The position numbers and the translations under genes are program-made. The notes beneath the pieces were generated by a model. The model worked only from the letters and a program-made list of their open reading frames with translations, made no database searches and was not told where the DNA came from. From Amoebidium appalachense (Eukaryota > Protista > Ichthyosporea), in the NCBI GenBank assembly GCA_963693365.1, contig CAVNZM010000014.1, forward strand, positions 248,001-312,000: a stretch of DNA of 64,000 nt. Direction: 5' to 3'. Below, in pieces: positions 26,222 to 64,000 of this stretch (positions within the stretch are counted from its first letter, which is position 1; every line of letters starts with the position of its first letter).

Positions 26222-26905
26222 CTCACGCATGCAAACACACACACAGACATCCCCCCCTCCCCCCCCCCCCCCCCCCCCGGATACCGGGTCGACCATGTGC
26301 CTACAGCAACGTTGCAGCCACCACTCCCCACCAGGATAGGCTCAAAGTTTCACACACAAGCCATGTGCATAGAACCAACACCATTCCCCCATGCAACACC
26401 GTGCATGCATAAGACCGGTTGTCACTCTTTTATTCTTACCCACGGGCCAGCCGGGGATCCACCTAACCAAATCCACCAAGAACCAGGCCTGTTGCTATGT
26501 GCATGGCACGTGTTTGCCTTGCACGTGGCAGGACATACACCCTGCAGCAGCCAATCAACAGAGAGACAAATTTCATGCCTGGGGGGGTCTATGTCGACGT
26601 CGACATTTCGTGGTGTGACGTCAATATGACGTCAGGTTGCGCCATATTGGCGCCAGAGTACATGCTCGGCCTTGTCTATGTATGGTGCACTCTCCTTTTC
26701 TAGAAATTGCACGAATACCATATAAAGTAATTCACGAGAAAAATGGCAACATAACGTTCAAAAATTCCCAGCAGTATTTTCTAACTTTCACACCTGGGTT
26801 GCGACCCCCACAACCCACCACAAGGCGGCTAGCATCATACATAATAAATCAACATGCATTTATCAGTAGTTTTATAAGGTAAAATCATGCATCACCACGT
26901 GACTT

Positions 26906-43733
<16,828 letters not shown>

Positions 43734-44268
43734 GGCTGCAGATTGGTGTGGCTTAGCCACGTGTCAGTGTGCGCGCACACAAACCCGTTTACCTAAGATT
43801 GGGAATCTTTCAGGGTTTCGCCCTTTCCAACTCTTCTGGTCCCGGTAGAGGTGTAAGACATGGAGGGCAACCTGATGTTGGGAAGATTCAAATGGTAACG
43901 CGACTTTTATGCTCAGCGATGTCTGCTCAGCGTACTATCGGCCAACCACCTAAAGGCTTCTTTAAAGGCACGGCCCTAGAAATTCTGCAATACGCTGTGC
44001 ATAATCCTCAGACACCTGACTACACTGAAAAAAAAAACACGTGACTGTGTGACACAGAAAACCGCCGGGCACCGCTGTCGACATATGCACGTGCACAACA
44101 CAAACCTCACTCGTGACGTCATAGATCAAACATGATTGGTGCGAATCTGATAGTGTTACGCAAACGATAGATCTGGCGGGAAACATGGGACGCAGCTGCA
44201 GGCTCAGCTCACGGCCCTGTGTTCAGAGGGCCGTGCAGCAGCTGCACCGGCCACTGAGGAGGTCTCAA

Positions 44269-44327
44269 CATCTCTTAGCGGATCATTCAGATCTCAACAT
44301 GAGATCTGAATGATCCGTTAAGGGGTG
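44269..44327 (+). other. 28-bp inverted repeat/hairpin in the PWP2-DDX20 intergenic region (candidate structured ncRNA)
   Basis: Arms 44269-44296 and 44300-44327 with loop ACA: 25 Watson-Crick pairs plus 3 G-U pairs on the plus strand. Confidence 0.6.
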
Positions 44328-45291
44328 AGAATCGTTGTGGAGAAGGGTGAAAAGAGAAAGTAACACAATCAACTCTGCCTCTACCTTGGCCGCGACACGT
44401 ACTTGTGCGTGTGCACATGGGCTTCGATGTTGCGCGCAGAGGATCCTCAAGTGATCATCTAATTATATGTATATGCGCGTACGTGCACATGTGTATTTGC
44501 ATGCTTGCTTACTCCCCTCTGTTCACCACACCACTCGTCCTCTCAACTGTGGCTGTCACAAGGTGATGTGATCACGTGTTCCTTCTTCTTCAATGTATAC
44601 AGGTTCAAGATTATGTGACTAGTACTCCGGGATCCAATTAATATTGCTGCAGCAGGTCCATGTTATGAAGCTCGAGCTGCCATGCACATATGATCTAAGT
44701 ACTACCACTTCGAATATTATGCACCCCGGCCCGAACACAGTGCGAGTGTTTTGACTCCCCATTGCTGAGCAGAGGACACACGCGGAGATTTACGATGTTC
44801 TCGCCGAAAAGTCGCCTTCCAATCCATCTAAGCAGAGATCTTCCATCCGGCTCATTCGCATGCAACCTGCGCGGCCTGATGAATATTATCCTGCCAGCTA
44901 TCTCTTTTTTCGCTCTTGCCCTTACCCTCCGGTTTGTGCGGTTGACCCGGGCGAGGACCCGCGGCCAGTCCGACGGTCACTCCTACCAGGGGTGAAGACT
45001 AAAAAGTAAGCGTCGACGTCATATCGGGGGCAATGGAGCAGGTTTTATTCTTTCTTCCCCTGATGTAGGTCTACGGTTTTAGATTGTTTCCCATATATGG
45101 TAGGACCGCGAAACTGAGGCGCCTGCACTCGGTGAACACCTGGTGACACAGTGATTTGACACAGTGGTAGGCTGCTACAAAAGGAAACCCTAGGCTGGGC
45201 TTGATAATCTTTTTTCGCCTCCTATTCCCGCGCACAGGAGAGGTAGCATGCCTTCAGCAGAGTTCACTACTCTGCTCTCAGTTTCCTTACC

Positions 45292-54741
<9,450 letters not shown>

Positions 54742-55120
54742 AGGGTTAATGCATATGTAGTGGATATGGCATGAATGGGTGCAATGGTGTTGAATGAATA
54801 AAATGAGCATCTAGCTAGGCAGGTTCCTGGCTACATAAGTAGTGCATGCTCTCAGTTACCGCCAAGGCATGTGCCAAGTAGAATCAAGAGGGACAGCAAG
54901 CACTGTGCCTACGTGTACGGGAATCTGCCCGCCACATTGTCATGCATATGGTGAACAGGGGGGGGGGGGATTTGTTATTATTTAGGCCTAGGCAGCTCGT
55001 TCACACACGGTGGAGCTGAGCTGCAGGTGGTGGTTTTTTGTTTTTGTTTTGTTTTGAATTTTTTGGTTCTATTTGTTTGTTTGTTGGTGATGGATCGTGG
55101 TGATGGCGTTGTGTGTGGGT

Positions 55121-55155
<35 letters not shown>

Positions 55156-56367
55156 TCGATGTCCATATGCCATTGAGTATTGGTGCAGAACAGTGATTCG
55201 GATGTAACCTATGCTGAATTAGTATCACTATTGCGGATGGATATGTGTAACTATACCCAATGGCCTATGCTGGTGTGACACCACTGGTCACGTCATCCGA
55301 GAGATCTGCACAACAGCTAATAGTATGCCGATAGAATGACGTCACCACCAGTCCCACAATCAAAGCTGCCCCAGTTCTGTATCTTGTATCTATCTTGACT
55401 TCATGCACACTGCTTCTGGCTGGGTGACTGTCCAGACTATGCATTGAAAACCAGGGTGTGTGTACACTAATACTATGCCCTAGTTAACATATGCAGGCTA
55501 GGAGAAGCACGTAAGTATAGAGACAAGAAAGCGGGTGCTACAGCTATTCTGACACCGCACGACTAGTGTAACGTTTACTCGGACACATAGCCCCGCCCAA
55601 GTGACCCAAGTCTGGAATGTACCAGCCTTTTTACTGTCCCTTGGTTTCCGCCGGTCCGGAGAGCACTGCTCGCATACTTTAGTAAGGCGACAGCCAATAG
55701 GCATGTGGCCCTACTTATAATAAAGTACATGGCATATTCATGAGTACATGAGCTTCTCCTGGGTGATCATAATCTAGCTTCACGTTATTCTACAGTGCTC
55801 CATGTGTTTGTCTAGTGCCCAATAAAATGTCTACGGCACACAGTGTGTGCCGTGCACCTAAGACACATGCTGGCAAAGTGTTCACGTTCTTTGCATCGCT
55901 CCTAACTGCATACTTCAGGTGCAGAGCAACTGCCCCAATAAGGAATACAGCTAAAAGTGATGCAGCCGATTGGTAGCTACTTCCGAAGCTCTATTTAAGC
56001 ATCTGCCGAGAAGACACAAAGGCACGTAGACTGGTTGTGGGGGCAAGGCACGGTGTGCACGTGAATGTACACAACCATGTCTACAGCATGTATGCGTGCC
56101 ACATGTATGTGGCTGCAGTCGAGCGGTGACTTGAGCTGGCGGTGGTAGCATGCCGCAGCACTGCGGCAGCTGAAAAACCCATTCAACCGGAGTGCTCTGT
56201 ACACCAGTTTCGATAAGAACCCCATACTTGTTGAAAAGGTTACCCAGACAACAGCTTGCTATATTAATCCACGGCTCCTCCTCCCTCCCGTCTCCCCGTG
56301 CTTCCCCACCCCCTTCCCCCTTCCCCCTCCCGGCCCCCCCTTCCCCTCCCCAATACAGCAACACACA

Positions 56368-56575
56368 CCCCTTTCCCACTGGGGCCGCCGACCCACCGCT
56401 ACCACCACCACCTAATATTTCCCAAAGGCCCCAGTGTATTCTAGCACCACCAAAAGCCTCTCCCTCCCTCCCTCCCCTCCCCCCCTTTCCCACTGGTGCC
56501 GCCGACCCACCGCTACCACCACCACCTAATATTTCCCAAAGGCCCCACTGTATTCTAGCACCACTAAAAGCCTCC
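56368..56575. repeat. Local direct duplication of a ~95-bp segment
   Basis: cccctttcccactgg...gacccaccgctaccaccaccacctaatatttcccaaaggcccc...tgtattctagcaccac occurs twice. Confidence 0.85.
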
Positions 56576-56615
56576 TCCCCCCCCCCCCCCCCCCCCCCCT
56601 CCACCGGGCCCCCCG

Positions 56616-56781
<166 letters not shown>

Positions 56782-57759
56782 CGCACACCACAGGTCGGTC
56801 AGACTCACAGCGCCCAGACGCACATATGCATGCACACACATATCCCCATACATATCCCCCCAATACTAATCTTTGACATCCCCTCTTCCTCGTAACCCAG
56901 ATACTGACATGTATTATTTAATCTATTGATAGCCGTGAAAAAACCCTACGGGTTATGCCGCTCTCTTGAAAATTACAACAGATTGAACTGGAAACAGCCC
57001 AAACTCGCGTACAGTCACTTTTTGCTCATTATATTACATTAAATACCAGAATGCCAACACTCAACACTATCATACGTACTATTTAACTCAGGTGGCCCAG
57101 GACTAGTACTACATTTCTTGTCCACGGGGTGGGTGCATGCACATTACGTGTGCAATTGTGCGCTTTTGCCCGTCGTATGGTGTGCCGCACGTTTGTTTTT
57201 GTGTTTATGTCTTTGTTCCTGTTAGCAATATCTATCTTTTCAAATCAAACAATGGGGAGACACGAAAGAAAAGATATCATATCAATACCTGTGCTCTTTA
57301 AAAAATGTGAGTCCGACCGTATGGGTATGTGTGTGTTCTTGTGTGTGTCTGTCTCTCCCTCCCTCTCCCTCTCTCTCTCTCTCCCTCTCTTTCTCTGTCT
57401 GTGTATGTGTGTGCATGTGTGTGCGTGTGTGCGCGCGTGTGTGTGTGTGTCTGGGTGGGTGGGTAGGTGGGTGGTGGTGGTGGTGGTGGTGGTGGTGGGG
57501 TCCGTCTGAGCACGCATCGCACCGGGGGTGTCTTTCAATCTCGTGTTCCACACCCCCCCCCCCTGCCCCCTTCACCTCCCCCTCCCCTCTCACTCCACCT
57601 TCCCACCTCCCCCCCTCCCCCCTCCCCCCCCCCCCCCCCCCCCCCGCTCCCCCCACCCACGGAATCGACTTTGTATTATGAATACAGAAATGCACAACCC
57701 ATATACGGTAAAAGCCAATCAGTGCGCTTGATCTTTAATGCCTTGGGGTGCACTTGCAG

Positions 57760-57848
57760 GTGTGAGATTCAATTACTAAGAGGAGTGTATGATCCCAAGT
57801 TAACCGGGGACAGGATCTATATTCATAAGGCTTTTGGGCTGTAGGGTG

Positions 57849-57901
<53 letters not shown>

Positions 57902-58147
57902 CCCCCCCCCTCCCCCCAACTACCCATCACACCCACCCCCCGTTCCCGGCTTCTCACACGGGACCCGGTTGCTGGGGTGGTGTGGCAAGTGTGTGTGTGG
58001 TTTAGTTGCCGTATTCTAGTTTGGTGTTGAAGGCATGCACCACACCACGGTTAGTTCAACCCCCCACTCCCGCCCCTTCCCATTTCTTCACAAGGGGAAG
58101 CATTATATAAACATAAAGCACTAATTCCCCATTCCGCCCCCACCACA

Positions 58148-58187
<40 letters not shown>

Positions 58188-58219
58188 CACACGCACGCAC
58201 ACACACACACGTACATGCG

Positions 58220-58295
<76 letters not shown>

Positions 58296-58324
58296 CACAC
58301 CTATACACATACAAGCACGCACAT

Positions 58325-58400
<76 letters not shown>

Positions 58401-58408
58401 CACACACA

Positions 58409-58445
<37 letters not shown>

Positions 58446-58809
58446 CACCAGGACAAAGTGGATCAGGTGCGTGCCAGTGCCCTCTTTCTGCAGGCCACCG
58501 GCTACTGTGCCTCTATCCCCGGCAGGCCGATGGGTGGAACAGGATGCAGTTTCTTTCAGGGCTTAGCCACATCGTTTAAATTATTTGCTCTTCTTATTCT
58601 CTTTTTGCCTCCCTCACGCGTGGATGGCGTAGGGGCAGCAAGTGGCCTAAGCTCACTGGCTGGCCTTATTCTCATTTTCACAACAGAGCACACATATTCC
58701 CCTCTTCAACCCACCTGCCGCACATGCCTGCCCTATGCAGCCCCTCCCCCCCCCCCCCCCCCCCCTTCCCCCCCCATCTCCCCCAATCCCCCGAAACAAC
58801 AGCAACCCA

Positions 58810-58854
<45 letters not shown>

Positions 58855-59639
58855 ATGGCCCCCCGGAAACACCACCTCCCATCTCCGACCCGACCTCTCC
58901 GTCCCTCCTCCCTCCCCATCCCACCACATCCCCACGTACATATCCCATCTAACACCACTTTCCATATTAGGCAACGGCATGCAACAGCTGTGTCCTCCGT
59001 GAGCGCAAGCGCCTGCAACGATTGGCCCGCAAGGCACCAGCCTCAACCAATCAGAACGAGTTGGGCCTGCACCCACCCACAGTGACTCGGAGCCAGCGGA
59101 TAGCGGCGATAACCCCCCCCCCTCCCAAGGACTGACTATCGGCCTGCCGACAGCCACGACAAAATTGTGGCCGAAGTGTCTCCCCCCCCCCCCCCCCCCC
59201 CCCGTCCAATTCATCGACAGACCCCCCCTCCCATCCCCCCTCCCCATCCCCCCCTTCCCACCTCCTCTGGGAGACACTAGGAACACCTTTTGCAGGACAC
59301 CTTCGTGGAAAAACAGTAACAACACCCACAACACCTATGCCTGCTTGTTTCCGCTCGTTTCACCTCTTAGTATTACCTATTCGTTTTTCCACTCTCACCG
59401 GACCTTCCTTCAACCCCCTCTCCCCCCCCCCCCCCCCAACCATCACCATCACCAAACACCCAATACCCTTTTGAATCTTCCTTCTACCAATCAGATCAAG
59501 CCACGAGTCCCCCCAAAACCCTCCAGCTGTCGACCCAGCATCCAACTAGAGATGGCATCCCCCCCGACCAGCTCCCCACCCCCTACACCCGCCACCACTG
59601 CCAGAATGAGCTCTGACCCAACCACCCTCACTGGACCAG
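57760..59639 (+). CDS. Putative spliced gene fragment of unknown function (CxxC followed by a basic stretch, then Pro/Ser-rich)
   Basis: Phase-compatible GT-AG chain 57760-57840, 58445-58466, 58971-~59135 gives [62 protein letters not shown] branch site at 58949. Possible further exon 59494-59639. Start and end not resolved. Confidence 0.4.
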
Positions 59640-60055
59640 GTACCCCCCCCCCCCCTCCCTTGCTCTCCTCAACTGCCTCCGCCCAGCCTCAGCCTGCCGT
59701 AGCCCTCCCTCCTGTCGCTTCCACCCTCCCTCACCCTCCTCCCCGGCTGCTGGCCCCCTTGGCGTCTCTTTGGTGGCCCACTTCCCCCCCCCTTCCCCCC
59801 CCCCCCCCCCCACCTCCCCCCTCCCCCAATCATCCAAAAGTCGAGTACATGCACACATATGCAAACGATGTCCCCCCCCATCTTCCCCCCCCCCCCCCCC
59901 CCCCCCCCCGTCAACCCCCCCTCCCCCCCCCCCCCCCCCCCCCCCGGCTCCCAACCTCTCCCCCTTTTCCCCCCGCCTCCGGCCGCCTCGCCCCCGGTCC
60001 TTTCTTCCCGAGCTCCTGGGTGGGCCGCGCCTGGCTTCACCATCCCCCCCCCCCC

Positions 60056-60086
<31 letters not shown>

Positions 60087-60582
60087 ACACTCACTCACTC
60101 AATTCCTCACTCTCCCTTCCCCTCTTTCCCCGTTTCCTCTATGTCAGTGGGGGTTCCAATAAGTTATGAAGGGACAGAAATAGAAAAATGAAACATGGAA
60201 AACGAAATGGAAAAGAACACACAAGCTGCAGCAATGGCCCAAAGCTTTTACACGTGCTCTCATTGGTTCAACTATGCTCCAAATTGTGGTGCGGTCATGT
60301 GGCAAATTGTTTTCCAGATTTGTGGTGGCACCTAAACGGTGGATATGATATGGTGTGTGGTTTGGGGCATGGTGGTGGTGATTTGCTGCTGCCTAGGAGT
60401 ATGTTGCTCTGCACGTGCCGATTTTCTATTGTGCTGTACTATGTGCTAACAACCGGTGTTTGCACGGCTGGGTGGGTCTGTGTGTGTGTTGGTACGCTTG
60501 AAATGCTGGGTTTGTGTGTGTTGGGGTTTGGCTCCAGGTCCTGGGCCGGTGACAGCCGTGTCCTGACTGGGCAGACTGATGG

Positions 60583-61060
60583 CCATCTTGAACAACAACA
60601 TGGCCATGGGCACGGCCCCATCTTGAACAACAACATAGCCATGGGCACGGCCCCATCTTGAACAACAACATGGCCATGGGCACGGCAATCTTGAACAACA
60701 ACATGGCCATGGGCACGGCCCCATCTTGAACAACAACATGGCCATGGGCACGGCAATCTTGAACAACAACATGGCCATGGGCACGGCCCCATCTTGAACA
60801 ACAACATGGCCATGGGCACGGCAATCTTGAACAACAACATGGCCATGGGCACGGCCCCATCTTGAACAACAACATGGCCATGGGCACGGCAATCTTGAAC
60901 AACAACATGGCCATGGGCACGGCAATCTTGAACAACAACATGGCCCGGGGCACGTCCATCTTGAACAATAAGATAGAGGTGCCCATGGCCATGGCCATCT
61001 TGCACAACAAGATGGCCTTGTTGTGCAAGTTGAGTTTGGGCACGGCCATCTTGAACAACA
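60583..61060. repeat. Minisatellite of 33/35-bp units (atcttgaacaacaacatggccatgggcacggc[a/ccc])
   Basis: About 12 tandem units, degenerating to the right. Confidence 0.93.
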
Positions 61061-61175
61061 AGGCCCGCTGGCCCGCGCGCCCTTCAGTCGTCCAGCATTC
61101 CTTCCTGGCCTCCCGACGGCCCTGGTACGGAGGAATGCAACAGCACATCACGAGAGTATACCTTGCTATGAAACA

Positions 61176-61381
61176 AGGGGTTTACGCTGTTTACTCGAGG
61201 CAAAGAGAGACCAGTCTCAGGTATGGGGGGTTTTTGCTCGGAATATCCCCTCAGCGGTATATCATGATCACGTACATAGATGTCGGGTGATGATTATATA
61301 TCAGGGTTTACTTTCTCTACGAGACACCATAAAGGCTAAGAAAAATCAATTAGTTGGGGTTCCCCGTTTTTTTTTTTTTTT

Positions 61382-61423
<42 letters not shown>

Positions 61424-61451
61424 CTCCCCTGGGACACTCGGTATCAGCTGG

Positions 61452-61541
<90 letters not shown>

Positions 61542-62728
61542 TAGAATTTTGTAGTGATGTGTTTCTCAAGCCAATCACATGATACATCTAATAAACAGGT
61601 CGTAGTCACCCGTGTTTAGTATAAAATCAAGGATGTTGTAATTTACAGGTAGGCTATCTTTCTGGGTGTCTGTTGTGAATGTGACGTGTGTGTGTTGCGG
61701 TATTATGTGGTCTATCAAACTACATTTGGCGATACATGACCGTTTAAACTGGTGTGTGTGTGTGTTGTTTGGGCATGCAAACGATGCCACCTTATACTTA
61801 TTGGATCTCCACTGTATAGCACGTGTACAGTAAAAGCGTGGTAATGTGATCAATAATACCATCAGCTAGAGAAAGACAAATTCTACAGGAAGGTAATATG
61901 TATTTAGGTGTTATACATTTGCGAGTGCCATATTTGGCAATATGGTTGAGGCGGTCAGTATATATAAAACGAGACATAAGGCTAGTTTTTCAAGGTGTCT
62001 GCTTTCATCGGGTCTAGTGTCGTGTGGTATCTTTTTCCATTTGTTATATTGCTAGATTATCTTGTGATTGTGTACATGTTTAATAAGTAAGTGGCAGTCC
62101 AAAGTCACACGCACACTTTTGCGGGGTTTATTTGTATTTGTGCCCAGGGGAGAAGGGGAGAGAGAGGGAAGGAAAGAGGGGAGAGGTGAGGAGGGGACAG
62201 GTCGGATAGAGAAGAGAGGCTGGGAGGGCAAATACTTCTTTAAGCGGCTTATGTGCTTATTGAATTTCAGCGCGAGATAGGATACTCTAGTAGCTATTGG
62301 GACCAGACCATATATCGAGAGCGTTACAGGCCCAGGTTTACAACAGTTGTTAGATAGAAAGGAGGCAACTTCTGCTTCAAGGAAATTTGCCAAGGGTTTA
62401 AGCGCTCTAGTTCTCTCTTTCTTGATCCAAGCGGCGAGAAGGGGTAAACCATATTCACAAGCCGGGAAGACAAAAGTGCGAATAAATGTAAGTCTAATAG
62501 AGGGATGGAGGGGTGTGTCTTTAAAAATATTAGCCGAGAAGAAAGCTAACCGCTTACGAGCCAACTCTACCCTCTTTTCGACCATATGGGAAAACATAGC
62601 ACCAACAGAATTAACCGGAACACCAAGATATTTGTATTCTGGAACTATAGGTACAGGTTTAGATGATAATGTAAATGTGTGTAAATTGTTAGCTATATCA
62701 GGTACAAGAACACCACATTTGTCTATGT
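61176..62728 (-). mobile_element. LINE copy 4: 5'-truncated, with the complete composite 3' end
   Basis: High identity to 5222-6811, with several indels and stops. Confidence 0.93.
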
Positions 62729-63531
62729 AACAACAAGATGGTTGTGGGGCTTCCGATATTTTCGCGCCAAATCTTTTTTTTTTTTGCGTAACAGTATTAG
62801 AGCCGACCCAAGGATGATCGGTAGTGTGTGTGCGGTATGGGAGCAGACAACCGTGTCAAGTAAGCTCTAGTAACTGGTATTGCTCTGTGGAAATGGACTC
62901 CGGCGGGGAGAAAGGTAGGCTGAAGTGGGATGTTGAGGGGTGGCGTTGGGTACTGGGCGGAAGCGGGGGTTAACGTGCTGTTGCCGCCCACACACGCTAC
63001 ATTGTTTGGAGCCCCCTTGTATTCGCGTGAGTTCTGGTTTGCGAGTGCAGGGGTGGGTGGGGTATGGGTGGACAAGGAAAGTAGTAGGGGAGGAGAGGGG
63101 GGAGGGGGGACCACTGCAAAAGTAATATATGAATAAACCTTTCTATTCGTGGTTGCACACGCCAGCACACTCATACACCCAAACAGTAGGTTGTTTCACA
63201 CACCGACACTTCATTACTCTGTGTATTTCAACAACGTGCATGGCCGTACGCACAATGTCGCATACGACTTATCGATTTCCAACTAATTACCTTTTTTTCT
63301 AACGCTTTTCCAGGGACAGAGTCAGACCTCACTATCTGAACATGAACGCAGTTGTTGGACTTGAAGTAATGGCATGAAAACTGCTGTGCTTCTAGAGCCT
63401 CTAATCTGAATCCCGGGCCGGTTTAGGCTGCGTAGCCTCTCTACAGGAGAACAGTTGAGTGTGTGTTTTTTTAAACAGACAGCAAGGTTTAAGCAACTAA
63501 CCATCATCACTCATGTTTCTCTCATCCCCAG

Positions 63532-63761
63532 TGCTCCCACTGCTCTCCCTCCCCGGGGAGGTGCTACAGCAGATAGTGGGCCACCTGCCCCTCTCCGACC
63601 GCCTTGCCTGCACCCTCGTGTGCAGGCGGCTTGCTGCGGAGGCACGTACACTGGTTGCTGGGCCCATGGGGGTGCACGTGCAGCTGACGGCAGACAGGCA
63701 GAGATACAACGACACCGTGCTGGCTGGGGGGGTGGATGCCTGGGACCAGGCCGTGAAGACG
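63532..63761 (+). CDS. F-box domain exon (gene continues beyond the window)
   Basis: LPLLSLPGEVLQQIVGHLPLSDRLACTLVCRRLAAEA fits the F-box consensus. CTAAC at 63497, acceptor CAG 63529-63531 (alternative in-frame ATG at 63513), donor GTGAG at 63762. Not in the ORF track. Confidence 0.85.
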
Positions 63762-63823
63762 GTGAGGGAGTGGGGTGCTTGTCATGTGCATATGCACACA
63801 CACTCACACACACACACATACGT

Positions 63824-63866
<43 letters not shown>

Positions 63867-64000
63867 ACTATGTCCTTATGCAAATGCTCGCTCGTGCAAG
63901 CAGGCATAAGATGTGCGTGTGCTTGGATAGACAGAACAAACATACTCATCGCCCGCCAACGACTACCACTACCTCACACACGCACACATGCACAAGGTGT

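Noticed and set aside
43801-43890. Possible three-way RNA junction upstream of PWP2
   Set aside because: The stems are only 4-7 bp and not distinguishable from chance without comparative data.
55200-56280. Unique-sequence region after DDX20
   Set aside because: No recognisable protein or RNA motif or consistent exon chain.
60583-61060. CRISPR-like appearance of ~35-bp repeats
   Set aside because: The units are head-to-tail without unique spacers, the context is eukaryotic, and there are no cas genes.

Overview
Eukaryotic, intron-dense genomic DNA saturated with (CA)/(TG) microsatellites and poly-C/poly-G runs. It is probably from a unicellular opisthokont, which is an inference and not established. 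Most ORF-track entries are repeat artefacts, so genes were rebuilt by hand from GT-AG splice sites. They are a delta-12-type fatty acid desaturase (partial, left edge), PRPF31 and DPH4 (divergent pair), a BTB/POZ plus beta-propeller-like gene, PWP2 (22 coding exons) and DDX20 (15 coding exons) as another divergent pair, a weakly supported spliced gene fragment, and an F-box exon at the right edge. Four copies of one APE+RT non-LTR retrotransposon (LINE) family are present, one near full length. The most notable observations are: (1) the LINE 3'UTR is complementary to the first ~90 nt of its own ORF2, next to the ORF1-stop/ORF2-start overlap, which suggests a long-range RNA loop around ORF2; (2) the LINE has a composite 3' end, and two fragments break at the same site with an inverted 5'UTR homolog; (3) many 3' splice sites directly abut (CA)n with no U-rich tract, and some introns have complementary (GU)n/(CA)n ends; (4) a 28-bp hairpin with plus-strand G-U pairs lies between PWP2 and DDX20; (5) a nad1-like NUMT sits in a PWP2 intron; (6) a splice donor is tandemly repeated five times in DDX20 and the terminal exon of DPH4 is duplicated. 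All alignments and folds were done by eye.
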